Assembly: GCA_028534125.1 (NCBI GenBank)
Contig: CM052816.1
Coordinates: forward strand, 99,202,001-99,266,000
Direction of reading: 5' to 3'
Length of the DNA: 64,000 bases
DNA from: Lama glama
Taxonomy: Eukaryota
Shown: positions 36,995 to 50,149 of the stretch, in pieces
How positions within the stretch are numbered: position 1 is the stretch's first letter
Layout of the letters: the number at the start of each line of letters is the position of its first letter
Notes under the pieces: generated by a model
What the model saw: the letters and a program-made list of their open reading frames with translations, nothing else
Database searches by the model: none
Told to the model about the DNA's origin: nothing
Made by a program: the position numbers and the translations under genes

Positions 36995-37230
36995 TTAGGA
37001 TAAATTTAGGAGTTTGAGATTTGCAAATGTTAACCACTATATATAAAAATAGATAAAAAGAAAACTTCTTCTGTACAGCACAGGGAACTATATTTAATAT
37101 TCTGTAATAACCTTTCATGAAAAAGAATATGAAGATGAATATATACACGTATATGCACAACTGGGACATTAGTCTGTGCACCAGAAATTGACACATTGTA
37201 ACTGACTATACTTCAATTAAAAGAAAAGAA
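36995..37230 (+). mobile_element. Young L1 3' end fragment
   Basis: 'ctgtacagcacagggaactatatttaatattctgtaataacc...caccagaaattgacacattgtaactgactatacttcaatt' plus A-rich tail. Confidence 0.88.
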
Positions 37231-37659
37231 GGAATTATGTCAGGATTGTAAAAAGATAGATAGTACTTTGATAAATAAATAGCTGGGTAAAGAGACCAGG
37301 TGCTTGAAGAGAGGAAGGGCAAATGCTGGGGGCAGCAGCACCTAGAATTCTCTAGAGTTTAACGCAGTGGGGATTATCAACTTATTGCATACTGTGATGA
37401 CATCTATATGATGTATTAAGAGAAAGGTACCTATTGACATAAAATAATTTTGTGACATAATCAAATTTTTAACACATGGTAGTTTCTTTGATTTTAACAT
37501 GGGCAGTAGAAGTGATAACTTTTAATAAAATTATATTTCATATATGAATAATCTTAGTTTTTGGAAAAGCCCACAAAGAACATTTGATCAAAACTGAACC
37601 TTTTAAAACTGTATATTCATTAGACCTAACTTCAATTCTGAATTGAAAATAGCCTTTAT

Positions 37660-39350
37660 ATGTAATTTTTTTACTATAAAAATTTTAGAAACTACAGAAA
37701 AGGCAGAAAATTGATGCAATAATCACCTAGATTTAACAAGGAACATTTTACCACGTTTTTAAATGTTTATCATTTTATTTTTCTCCACCTGTATCTCTAT
37801 CTCAGTTTATGTCTTTATCTAGATAGATAAATAGAATGGTAGACTAACAGATAATGTTTTGCTAAATCACACATAACCACATACCTGCCAAATTTCCCAC
37901 TGTCACACCAAATAAAATCAAACCTGATTCTCTAATATCAGTTTAGCCCAGATCACATGTGAATCTTCTCTGTTTTTTCCAGATGTTTTAGAACTGGTTT
38001 TACCCAGCTCAGATTCAAAGCCTGTGCGTTGATTACATCGCTGCCCCTCTTTTGTCTTTTAAGCTCAGAAGAGCACCTTCCTCTCTAAAGTCTTTCTCGA
38101 CTTTTTAGAAAGAAGAGGCAGTGATATTTTGAGGCCCCATATTCTGGGTTTGTCTGTCTGTTTTCTCCCAGTATCACTTACCTAGATGATCCTTATTTCT
38201 CTGGCTCTCACCATCCCTGTAAACTGAAGGTTGAGTCTACATTTGTGACAACTATTTTTAGCGAGAACACCTCATGTGTCATGTTACACACTTGACATTT
38301 CAGCACATCAGGAGGTGCCTCCTGTCGGGTTGCTGTGTTATTAGTGATGCTAAATTTAATCACTTGGTTAAGGTGGTGACAACCGTTCATCTGAGCTATT
38401 TAGCATCCATTGGTGATGCCTGCTTGAACCAACGTTTTACTGGGGGGTTGCCAAATGATTCACTGCTTCTATATGTACGAATTGAGATTATTGTGTAAAG
38501 GATAGCTTGACCTCATCTACATCTCCAATTTTTGAGGAAGGAATTTAAAATTTTGAGGGAGGAAAGAACTCCTTCTGTTTAATTACCATTCTTCAAAGTG
38601 TAGTGTTGGTATAATAGTCACCTGTAATTGTGGACAATGTGTTTTTTCCCCTATTCATATACTTGAAAGGTCAATAGATTTTCATTTGTTCCACACATTA
38701 TACTCAATTACTGTTACCATTTTTGCCAACACCTGAAGTTTCTCCAGCTGAACCACTGTGATTCCCTTAGTCAAGCCCTGTGCCCTTTTGATACGACCCC
38801 ATCCGTCTCTGAATGCATTGAACTTACCTTGCTGCACACTGACATTAGCCCTTGTCTAAGGAACACCGTTTCTTCCTAGTGGTGAATGGAATTCAAACTC
38901 AGCTTCTTGGCACCAGGGGTATTTATTGCTACAGGTGGCAATGCTTCTAGGCTGCTTCAGGAGACAAAGCTAAGAAAATATACATTTTTCAGAGTAAATC
39001 ATGAAATCATACTTCCAAAAATGTTGATGTTAGAGGTATTTTTGTTAACTTTTCTGATTTTCCATTTTTATCTATTTTCTTTTATATTGAAAGTCTTGGT
39101 TCATGATATCATTAACATATTTAGTTATTTGTCACTTACAAGCTGCAGAAAATAGTGACAAAATTACAATATCATCACTAAATTAGAACTACTGAATGAA
39201 GTTTAGTATTTGTTTGCAATATCTTTGTTTCTTAAATTATATTCTATTGAAGATATATGTTAGAATATGAATGACATGTTAGAAATAACTTCAATAACTT
39301 CTTATCTTATGGTTACGTTAGTCATCTACCATATAATTAGTTCATTTATT
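37660..39350 (-). mobile_element. L1MC4/5-like 3'UTR region
   Basis: 'aattttagaaactacagaaaag', 'cagcacatcaggagg...ttattagtgatgctaaatttaatcacttggttaaggtggtg'. Confidence 0.7.
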
Positions 39351-40779
39351 TTTGCTAAAGCCTGAAGTTTCTTTTTTATTTAACTTCATCTGTTAATGTG
39401 TGAAATATTGACATGATTAAAATGTCAGAACTGTATTAAAAGTCATACTTAACAGAGGTTAGATATCCATTCTTATTTACCCAACTCTGTAATTATTTCT
39501 TGTTTTAGGTTTGTCTTCCACAGTTTCTTTCCTCAAAAACAAACAAATATGTGCATTATTTTTTCACCTTCTTTCTTTCCTAAAATGTAGCATAATAAAT
39601 ATGCCACTTCATAATTTTTTTTCTGACCTAAAATATGTATGAAACATCACTCAATCATAGTGCTTTTCTTCTTATTTTTTTTAAACCAGCATCATATTCC
39701 TCTGGGTGCATGCATATTTTTTCTTGACAAATCATTCCTTATTCATGCACCATTCTTCTCTTATTTTTGTATTTGCTGTCAAGCATCTGTGAGAAGCTTA
39801 ATTCTCTTTCTTCATAGTTAACTTAGATTTTATATTCAGAGTTTCACATATTTTTCTGCATAATTTAAAAAGTTTACCAGTTTTATTACAGTATCTTTCT
39901 GGGTAAAGTTTTTGAGGTCTTTGATGGGCACTTTAATATTTAGATTCAAGTTTTCTTTGATTCTAAGAAAGTGTGATATGTGTTACAGTTTTAAATATTA
40001 ATTTTGTTCCAATGACTTGCTTTTCTCTTGGAGGAAGGCAGCAACTCCTCCTATTATACCTCTGTTGGATCCTCTTTGCGTATCTTCCACACATATTTCT
40101 GATTCTTTAGATAACATTCTTAATTTGCTTAATTTTTGTAGCTCTTTATTTATGTTATCTATTTCTAATACAGTATCTCTAGTTATGCATGTACTATCAC
40201 AGGAAATTTGTAAGTTAGTCTTAATTTATAATACACACTTTTCTTTTTCCCAAAATTCTTTCATAGACAAATTAGTTTCTACTTTGTATTTTCCCTTTCT
40301 TTTGTTCAATACTATCAGGAAATTTTAAACTTCTGTTATATCTTCTTTTATATAAATAATCACAGTATTCAAATTTTAGATGATATGTTACTACTGAGTT
40401 TTCTTCTGCACCATGGCTGTTTTTAGTGTGTGTGTGTGTAAACACTCACATTCTGAAAAATATTGAGTCTCAAGTCCTGTTCTGTTTTGTTTGTTTGTTT
40501 TAATTTAAGTTCTGCAGTACTCTCTTCCTTCACTGTGATATAGGGCAATTTAAAAATGAGTAGACACATTGATTTGTGTCTTCTTCTGATTCTTTGTTAT
40601 TATCTATTTCAGCTGCTTTATTATTTCTCATTATCATTCAGCTAAAGAAATAAATCACAGGGTACCAAAATTGATTTTATACACTGGAAAAGAACGATTT
40701 GTCAGAAGATATAAAAATCTTCAACAGAGTTTTAATTAAAAGTATAACTTTTAAATTTAAAACTGAACAGACAGGCTGG

Positions 40780-41420
40780 GAGAGATGAGTAGAAAAATGG
40801 ATCTTAACTGACTTCTTTAATTAACTGCTATTAGCAAGAGAATAAAAATAAGAAACATATAGAAGATATTAGCAAGGTCAATAAGCTGTACCTAAAAGTA
40901 CAGAGAAATTTATATTTAACAAATTAATAATGTACATCTTAGTATATTTTCAAAGTAAACTATGAGTCAGACAACAGAAGAATCATTGCACTCTAAATAA
41001 TTAAGTATCATATTTGTTCCCTCATCTCAAAGCCAGAAAAAAAGTTTTCATGTATTTGGAAATCACTAAACCAATTATTAAGTAACCCTGGAATTAAAGA
41101 GAAACAAAAGATAAATTATGAAAACTTTTTAGTAAAATGACAAATAACTTTAGACATGTATGATTTTAAAGATACATTTAAGACAGAAATTGGAGATACA
41201 TTTTAAACTTTAAATAACATTTTGAAAAAAAAGAAAAAATAAATAAAAGAACTAAGCATCTACATTAAAATCCCAAGAGAAACCAAAAGTAAACAGTAAA
41301 AGTAAACAAAAAAATAAAGTCCATGGTAACTTAAGGACCATAAACAACTTTGAGAGAATAGAATATAAAAGACTAAAATGTAAGCAATTATTTTAAAATT
41401 TTGTATAATAATAGTACTAA
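40780..41420 (+). mobile_element. Ancient L1M ORF2 fragment (endonuclease-proximal)
   Basis: A-rich; 'atatagaagatattagcaaggtcaataagctg', 'gtatttggaaatcactaaacc...taaccctggaattaaagagaaa'. Confidence 0.6.
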
Positions 41421-41859
41421 GTAAGGAAATAATTAAAGTAAATTAAATATTGTATTTAGAAAAGTTGTGCCTAAGGTATAATATAGATGATACAGTTTTG
41501 TCCAAAAACAGCAGCGAAACTGATGGCTTACTCTTTCTTTCAGAAATTCCCCTTAAAACTATCAACGATAAACAGAAAACAAACAACCAATAAGAACAAA
41601 AACAACAAAAACGAAAAGACAGAACAGACAAACACAGCAAACTGGGCTTGTTCATTTCATCCTCTCGAGAAATCTTGGGTTTATGACTTTCCTTCCCATG
41701 TGGATGTGACTGAGGGAAGAGAAGGTACCACCCAGGAGACCCCAAATACTGAACTTCCACTTGAGCATTATCTTTTTCATTGTAAAATTCCAAGAGAACA
41801 CTTCAATATAGTTGTATATCATGTTCATGAACTTGATTACTAAATAAACTGCACCTGAG

Positions 41860-43270
41860 AGTTGGATCCATTCATCCAATTCCTTCAGGAAGTATTTCCC
41901 CCCTCCCAGTATTGTTCTGGGCACCGGGTGTTCAGTGAGAACAGCTCATGAAAGCTTCCTTTCCCTATAAAGTTTACTCTCCAGCAACAGGTCTCAGGTA
42001 ATAAAAAGACAAACATTAAAAAATTCAAGTGAGTAGTGCTATCAAGAAAAGACAAGAGGTTGATACTTGGGGATGAGTGTGTGTATGGGTGGGGGGTATT
42101 TCCTTAAGGGAGATCCTGATACAAACATGAGAAAACATGTGACGTGAGCACCCAGAGGGTGTAGAAAATGAGGCGGGAGAGCTTGGTGGAACAAGGAGAC
42201 ACAGGTCCTCATCGGACAGGTATAGTGATCACCCTCAGAGACTTGACTGCGGTGAGCTACATACATGCGGGTACTGTTCTTGGGTAACAGAAAGTCTGAA
42301 GGTGGAGGCAGAGTTGTTGGTGTCACTCTAATGACTCAGAATTTCCAGAATGTGATCTCTGCAGTTCTTGTAACCTTCACTTCAAGGTCCCAGCAGGGCT
42401 GCTATAGATACACACAACACCATTGTAGTCATGCAGGAAAAACAAGAAGGTGACCAAGGTGGGGTGAAACCAGTGTCAGGAAAGTTAAAACTCATTCAAA
42501 ACTCTTTAGCAGAATCCTGTATTATTAGCTGCACTTTTTCATGTGGCTGGCTGCTACCTTATTGCAAAAGAAGTTGGGAATTCGTTTTTTTTTGTTGTTG
42601 TTGTTGTTATTGTTAGTTTGTTTTGGTTTCAAAAAAAGTTTTATATATTTCTAATCCCAGCCAAAAAGTTGTCCTGATAAGAAGGCATACTGGATAATCA
42701 ACACTTTTTGTCTCTGAAGTTTTTATTTCATTACACATGTGTTAGGAAGCCCTGGGATGGCTTTAAATGGTGAGCATGGCTGGGTTTACATTTTCCTTGG
42801 GCACGTTGCCTGCTGCACATGGAATGAGTGGTAGGCAAGTGGGAGTGGGATCTGGAGAAGTTACTGCAAACGTTCAGGTGAGGGAAAGGTAGCCTTGCAT
42901 GTAGTGAAATGAGCAGAGATGGAGAGGAGAATGAGTAAGAACATGTTCTGGAAAAAAAAAAAAAGATGATTCGCTGGTGGAATTAAACTGAGGAGTGGGT
43001 GAGAGGAAGCCCCAAGGATGAATGGACCCCAGGATTTGGACTTGGACAGCTCATGAACCACGGTGCCTGAGATGCAGGGACTGGGGGTGGAGGGGAAACA
43101 GGGTGTGGATGTCAAGAGTGTTGTTAAAACGTCCTGTATTGGCGATGCTACTCGACATCTAGATGGGGTTACATCAGAAGCCCATGCCTCTCTGAGTCCG
43201 GAGGTCTGAGGACAGGACAGGTGAGAACACATAGCAGCAGCTGGGCCAGAAGCTGTAGCCACAGGGGTTG
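41860..43270 (-). mobile_element. L2 fragments, with a probable old MLT1 remnant at ~42250-42680
   Basis: 'ccattcatccaattccttcaggaagtatt...gttctgggcacc'; 'ttactgcaaacgttcaggtgaggga'; 'caaggatgaatggaccccaggatttggacttggacagct'. Confidence 0.6.
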
Positions 43271-43544
43271 TCCCCATGACACAGATGGAACCAGCAAGTC
43301 CAATTCAATGTGCCCAGTTTCATAATAAGGCTCTCAGTGTAAGTGCTCTGAACTTCCCCAGTCTGCTCTGTCCACTCTTAATTTGGCAACAACTTCTGTA
43401 CCGAGGAATTGTAGCTTCTTTCTGTCCTGTGGGAAGGGAGATCTTCCAAAGACCTGTGATTTACTTCACCGTCACCAACACTACTAACGCTACAACTACG
43501 AACACTAATGGTAGTAATTCCTTGTACGCGTGTGCCATCAGTTA

Positions 43545-43770
43545 AAAATGAATAATCAGAGGTGGGGGAAGAGAGATGAACAGGTGGAGCACAAAGGATT
43601 TTTAGGGCAGTGAAAACACTCTGCAGAATAATCTCATGATTGACACCTGTCATTATGCATTGTTCCAAATTTATAGAACGTACAACAGTCACTGAACCCT
43701 AATGTAAACTAGGAACTTTGAATTTTTCTGTAAACCTTAAACTGCTCTTCAAAAAGGACTTTTGAAAAAC
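43545..43770 (+). mobile_element. L1MC/MD-like 3' end fragment
   Basis: 'gatgaacaggtggagcacaaaggatttttagggcagtgaaaacactctg...gaaccctaatgtaaactaggaactttg'. Confidence 0.85.
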
Positions 43771-44289
43771 AACATCAAAATAACTATAACTCTAGGGTGA
43801 GGCAGTGATGTGGAAAGACCATCCCATGGGCATGCTGTGCTCAATAGCACCATTTACACTTTGCACTTTGCTTCCTTTTACAGGACCCCATATAAAACCC
43901 CATCACCCAGAAATCCACCTTCAGACGTGGTGGGTGCTCTTCCTCTTCCTCCTACTCTTCGTCTCTGCCCCTCTCTGTGCTTCGCAAATAGTTCTGCCCA
44001 GAGCCCTCATGATGTGGGAAGAGCAGGCAGGAAGCTGTGAGCATCCGTGCAAGGTCCAGCCAGCCTAGCTTGGCATATCTGAAGAGAGGTGTGGAAGATG
44101 CCAATACCAAGAGGTAGCCATGAGTGGGGGGAATCAGACACCAGACAGGAGAGAAGAGCATCTTCATGGGCTAGTGATGGCGTCAGAAGAGCTGGGAGGC
44201 TGGATTCATGTGGGAGATTCATCAAATATGTAAACGCACTAAGGAGACTCGCAGCCCGCCTTCTCACCATCAGATGAGGGAATTAAAAT

Positions 44290-45000
44290 AGGAAGAGACC
44301 AGGATGAACCTGAGCATCCTACTGGAATTGGTGATGCTACGGATTCCAAGAAATAGAGACGTAGACATAGATGGTGTGAATGCATTTGTGCGCGTGCAAG
44401 TGTATGCACATGTTCATCTACACATTCCGCAGATCTGTGCACTGAGATGAGCTGGGAGGAGCAAGATGCTAACAGCAGTGGAACGGATCAAATGTCTAGA
44501 CCTCAACTTCTAAACACCATTTTCCACTACGAAGAACTTTGGAGAAATGGCTGGTTCTGGGTTTGGAGCAGAGAATACACAGATGAGCCTAGAATACCTT
44601 GTAGCAAAAAGCAGGGATGTGCTCAAGAAGATTATGTGCATAAAAGACCAGGGGCCACTCACACGATTTCAGCATCAAAACACATAATGACAGCAGGATA
44701 CAACGACACTGTACAATGGGAAACCATGAGCACACAGAGATGTAAATAAGTACTTAAATAAGGCATTTAATGAAGGAGGGGATATGTGTATGGTCTCAAA
44801 CCACTTTGGACAAACCCAAACTGGGTACCAGTCTACAAAACAAATGGCCTGAAACCCCGGCGAGCGTCAGTTCATTATAATCATGGAAAGACTGATACAT
44901 GCCAGTCAAACGCAGCACAACTTTCTGAAATGGACCCACCCTTATGTTAAATACATATATATGGAGAATATATACATATGGAGACAATCCATGAAATATA
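44290..45000 (+). mobile_element. L1MC3-like 3'UTR fragment
   Basis: 'ttctaaacaccattttccact...ttggagaaatggctggttctggg...cagatgagcctagaataccttgtagc'. Confidence 0.7.
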
Positions 45001-45239
45001 AAAATGATTGGAGGATCAGAGGGCAGTAGCATCTCATGGTTGGTTTCCGGATTTTGATGGCTGTATATCCCACCAATAGGAGAGGGCCCCTTTTTGATAG
45101 AAAGCACATAATAATTAAATAGTCACACATGATGGAACATGGGATTAGTAAGTTCTTTTCAAATGTTTCAAGAACAATTATTTGAATCATACTTCTAAAT
45201 TTTCTTGAGGTTTTAAATTATATTACATTAAAAAAATAA

Positions 45240-46680
45240 TAATCGTGGCACTGTCTTCCTAGTAATTTAAACTACTTTCTTAGATTAGCTGTCCTGTCAG
45301 AATTTTCTCGCATGTTAGACGTGATGAGGTACTATTTTTACTTGCTTGTACTCAATGGAGGAATTGGCCCGTCCATTCGATATAACCTCATCACTGACAT
45401 TTTAACCATTCTCCATGTTCTCAGTAAAATACAGAGTAGGGTCAGATGCCAACCTGCTGTAAAATCGAATGTTATTTCTTTGACTCTAAATCTGGTCAAG
45501 AAACACCTGCTGGGAGGGAACTGGCCATTGCCATGACAGCGAAATAGAAGATTCCATGAGTTTCTGGAGGCGGTGAGAGAGTTCAGTTCTCTGGAGAATG
45601 TCGGGGCTGGGTTAGCACACGGTCTACTCACTGCCTGGTGGAAGGAGTCGCTGGAAATGCCAAGTTGTAATTACTGCTTACAGCCTCCCCACTGTGAGGG
45701 CATCCTCGGAGCAACTCTGTTTGTTGTTGATTCCTGAGAGAACAGCCTCCGAAGAATGGAAGCGCATAATCACCAGCCTTTAATGCAAACCCTTTTGGAG
45801 AAATTCTGTTAAACCCACACTTTAGAGGCAAATAGCAGAGGGGCTTGTAATTAGATGGGCTGCTTTTAAACATGAACCAACACAGATAACGCTAGATAAT
45901 TAGTAGATAATTTTCTAGGTATTCCTGGCACTGAGTGCTAAAAGCAAAATTAAGTCAGGCAAAGCACTCTGAGAATCGCCTGTGGCCAGCCAGTTGTTAG
46001 TGTTAATAGGGAAGAGAGAGGCGAGATCCTGGTGCTGGAATCTGAATGACTCTTTCTCGTTGTCCAGTGAGCCGCGTGGTCCGGCAGTGGCAGGTAGCAC
46101 AGACAGTTTGGTAATTGGGCGGTGGTTTGTGATGGGAGCTATTTATTGGAAACAGTTCTTAGCTTTCATCACTGGTTTGAGTAATATTTGAATTGTGGGA
46201 GGGAAGATGTTCAGTAAGCTTTTTAACAATCAGGCATGTGTTTAGAATTTCCAATAGCACACTTCACTTAGGAAACTGCTAATTGGTATATGTGTGTGTG
46301 TGTTTGGGGAATCAATTTGATGGGGGCGGCACCCAAATATGCTGGGTTTCGAGAGTTTCTTGCATGTCTCTTTTCAGGAATTAACGTGCTGCTTCAAGAT
46401 TTCCCCCAAAATGTCACGAATGAGACCACTTAATTACACATCTGTAATTTAAAAAAAAATGTGTTAAGACAGAAGTGGGTCAAATGTAGGAAAAGTGGGA
46501 AAAAAAACTCATAAGAGAAAAATCAAAGGGAAGCAACTCAAGATCTTCATTAGTCGCGATTTCTTTAGAAGAGCTTTACCCATTTCCTTAGCAACACATG
46601 GCTAATGATAAACTTCTCAGGTTCTCCGGCTGGGCTCTGTGGACCTGAGCCCCTCACACCCATAATTTATGCATCTGTTG
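45240..46680. promoter_or_regulatory. Candidate conserved non-coding element / enhancer block
   Basis: No repeat recognised; retained CpGs; many TAAT/TAATTA cores, CTGTCA at ~45294, three AGATAA at 45884-45910. Conservation itself was not tested. Confidence 0.45.
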
Positions 46681-46689
46681 TGAACAGTG

Positions 46690-46915
46690 CCTTTACTTGG
46701 TTGGGAGCTAGGAACCGTGGCTCCGAGGCCAGTTTTAGCACATCTTCTTTGCATGAGTAAGGGTCTATAATTTTTTCCCCTTACTCAACTTCCTCATCCG
46801 TAAAAATAGAATAATATTGACATACACATACGACATTATTTGAAGGATCAAGAAAGAAAATAACTTCAACGTTAAAATCCCAGAATGCCATTGTGCAAAT
46901 GTTGATGTTACTTTT
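46690..46915 (+). mobile_element. MIR fragment
   Basis: 'ctcaacttcctcatccgtaaaaatagaataatattgac...ttatttgaaggatcaag'. Confidence 0.65.
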
Positions 46916-48271
46916 ATTGCCGTCAGGGTTCACAGAAGCCTTGCAATGAAGCACAGGAGAGGAATCTGTCCAGCTAGAAGAAGTTAAAATGAAAGCTTAC
47001 AGTAGTGTGAAATGCGTGATCAGTTCCAAAAAAGGACACCTTTTCTCATTCTGCCCCCTGAAATCAGCCTGCCACCTCTTCATCTTGTCCCGCTCCCCAC
47101 TGTCCTTCCTTCATCTTCCACATCCTTCGGATTGGAAAGCCCCGCCCACCCTTTCTGGGCAGTATTTCCTGCATTTTCTTTCTCAAACCTCCTTAGTCTC
47201 TGTTCTCATCTCCTCCCCTTTGAAGGCTAAGAATTTCCTGTCTAATCAGCCTGTTGTCACTGCACCCTTTCAAGTGGTTCTCCAACTAGTTTAGTTCCAA
47301 AATTCTACATAATCCTTCTACTAAACTTGAAATAAATAGGTCTATCATTTTGTGCTACATTTTGATATGGACTTGTATTTCATTCCAACACAAACAATAT
47401 AGGCATGAATCAAAGATTTTTTTTTAATTATGAGCAATTTCAGAAAGGAAGCACACCTCTGCTTGATTTGCCTTCTCATGTTTCTTTGCATTGCACATGG
47501 TGGGGGGGTCTCTATCTGCTTCGGGCACCTGCGTCCTGGGATGCCTTTGGGGCAGGAGCAGTCCTCTCCGTGAGAGCAGATGGAACTGTCTCTGGCCTCA
47601 TTTTCACTCCTTCTCTCCGTTCAGCTTCCCCAGGCAGAGGCAGCCTGTGAGGTCTGCTCTCCTGGGGCTGGGACCCCAGTGAATTCTGCCGGAGCAGGTG
47701 GCTTTCCAGCAGAATCTATACCGTGTGTGCATCTCCACCTGAGCTTGATGTCTCTGGACATGGAGGCAGAACATCTCCTCTGTAATGGCCCTGGGGATGG
47801 GTGAAGTCCCTGGAGTACAAGGTGGCCTCATTCACCCACCAGGGCTCTGGCAGGAGCTGGTGAGCCAGTTATCATGGTTTATTTGAAGTGGAATGACCCT
47901 TCATGTTTCCAAGTATTCTTATCCCAGCTAAGTTGTGAGATAAATGAGTTTCTAAACCATTGTTATCCGCCAAATCAAAATGAAACAAAATACTTCTGGC
48001 AGGGATAAAAGATGAAATTTAACCCTGGGCTTTGTCACAACAGTGCTGGATCTGCTGAGATTCCTTGTGCCCAGAAAAGGACAACTTTCTTCTGCATTTA
48101 ATTCCAACCCAGACATGAGGCATGAAGCTCTCTCGCCAGGAGAAAGTCAGCTTGGCACCAGCTTGATAAGACCTCCACGTACTCACGGCTGTGCAGTTTG
48201 TTTTAGAGTTACAAAGTGACAAAACTTTATACGTTTGCTTTTAAGGATATATTAGAGTGATAAATCACCAG

Positions 48272-48598
48272 AAATTAGAAGCTTGAGCTACTACAGCAAA
48301 ATACCACGGAACAGACATTCATTTCACACAGTTCCGAAAGCCGAGGAGTCCAAGATCAAGATTTGGGCTGATTCCGGTGTCTGGTAAGCACAAGGCTCCT
48401 GGCCCCTGGCTGTGTGCTTGCATGGCTGGGGGGGGGGGCTCTGGTCCCACTTCCTCTTGCCAGCAGCACACTAATCCCATGCGGGGGCCCCACCCCCATG
48501 GCCTCACCTCCCAAAGGCCCCACCTCCGGAGATCGTCATGGGGGGATTAGGCTTCAACATAGGAATTTTGGGAAGAGGAGACAGTCAGATCTATAGCA
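48272..48598 (-). mobile_element. MaLR solo LTR, MLT1A-like
   Basis: 'gagtccaagatcaag', 'cacctcccaaaggccccacctcc', 'gggggattaggcttcaacataggaattttggg...tctatagca'. Confidence 0.85.
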
Positions 48599-48896
48599 GG
48601 CCTGCGGGAGGGTCACAGGGATATTGCCCTGCAGGGTGGGTGGTTCAAGCTCTGAGAGACTCTTAGAAAGGCAGACAGGGGAGGTGTGACCTTAGAGCTC
48701 CCATGGGAAGGCGGGTTCTCAGCAGCTGCAAACCCACTGAATGCACCTCCCCCACCTGGGGGCGTTGAGGGGACTGTACCTGGACTGGGATTGCCCAGGG
48801 TGATCGCAGGTGATCTCAGCTGAGAGGCCCTGTCCGTGCATCTCCCTTCAGACCTAAAGCCGGGTGACTGATTCTGGTGACCTCCAGGAGTTCCTG

Positions 48897-49072
48897 ATGA
48901 GTCCAAATGGACAAACAAGGCCCTACTGCAGAGCACGGGGAACTGTAGTCACCTATAATGGGAAAGAGTCTGAAAAGGACTATATGTGCACGTACGTATG
49001 ACTGGAGCATTATGCTGTGCACCAGAATTGACACAATTGTAAACTGACTGTATTTCAATCAAAAAAAAAAAA
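48897..49072 (+). mobile_element. Short young L1 3' end with poly-A and candidate TSD
   Basis: 'aacaaggccctactgcagagcacggggaact...caccagaattgacacaattgtaaactgactgtatttcaat' plus poly-A; agttcctg at 48889-48896 and 49073-49080. Confidence 0.88.
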
Positions 49073-49907
49073 AGTTCCTGCAGTGAGACCAGGCTGGGTC
49101 CTCTCTGCTTCTGAATCCTGTTTCATGTAGAGGTTAAAAAGCATGTCACCCAAAAGAAAGTTCTTTGCTTGTGATGGTTCTGGAAGGACAGGTGAGAACT
49201 TCACTTCTTTCTCCCTTTCTTCCCTCCTAATGTCTTACATCAGTTTCTTTTTCCTATTTTCAGAAGCAACTCACCTCCTTTCTGGAGGTGCCTCTTGAAC
49301 AAGCACTTTGACCTATGGCCACTGCCCTCTGGTCCACATGAGCGTCACATGTGCATCAGGCTCTGTGCCTTCATGTGCCTTGCCCGCCGTCTGGAGTGGT
49401 GGCTGGAAGCATCCTTTGCCCCCATCCCTCCTGGACCTGCGGCTCGGAGCCTGCAGTCCCAGCAGCCCACGGCTCCCACAGGCTCCCTGCTGCCCAGGGA
49501 GAGGCTGCAGCTACAGGACCTGCTGCTGACAGAGAGGGAGACTGACCTGAGCTTCAAGCTTGGCCCCAGTGGTGAGGGCAGCTGTGTCCGGGTGGTGGTG
49601 TGCCCCTAGGCCCCAGCAGGAAGCAAGGATTTTAATAAAGCTGTTCTTTTTCCAGCAATCCTTTTGATGCAAGCTATACTCATGAGTAAAAGTTTGACAT
49701 GGAAATTGATCCATGAAAACATAAGAATTTCTGAGGAACTCTTATAAATTGAAATACATTAAAATGAAAAGGTCAATTAGGGGCCACTTCCCCTGGCTTC
49801 CTCCCTGAAAAGCGGCCCAGGGAGAGCCTGTCTTCATGCTCCCAGCCATTCAGCCCTGGGGGCTGGAGCTCCTCCCTGCCAGGCCTCTAACCAGGGACAG
49901 GAGCATG

Positions 49908-50128
49908 GTTTTAAAATCTCTGAGAGTGAATCCTAACACTTCTCATCACAGGGAAAATTTTCTTTTTCTTCCAGTAGCTATTTGAGATGATGGATGGTAA
50001 CTAAGTTTACTGTGATGATCATGTCACGATATATGTAAGTCAAACCATTCTGCTGAACACCTTAAACTTTATACAGTGCTGGAGGTCGGTGATAGTGCAA
50101 TAAAACCAGAGTGAAAAAGAGTAAAAAA
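49908..50128 (+). mobile_element. L1MB-like extreme 3' end
   Basis: 'gagagtgaatcctaacacttctcatcacag...tgagatgatggatggtaactaagtttactgtg...acaccttaaactttatacagtgct...aataaaacc'. Confidence 0.85.
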
Positions 50129-50149
50129 GTTAAGTTGTTAGCTATCTGA

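Noticed and set aside
45325..45346. let-7-like start UGAGGUA in the 5' arm of the 45.3-kb hairpin
   Set aside because: Similarity fades after 7 nt and the stem is too short and interrupted for a pre-miRNA
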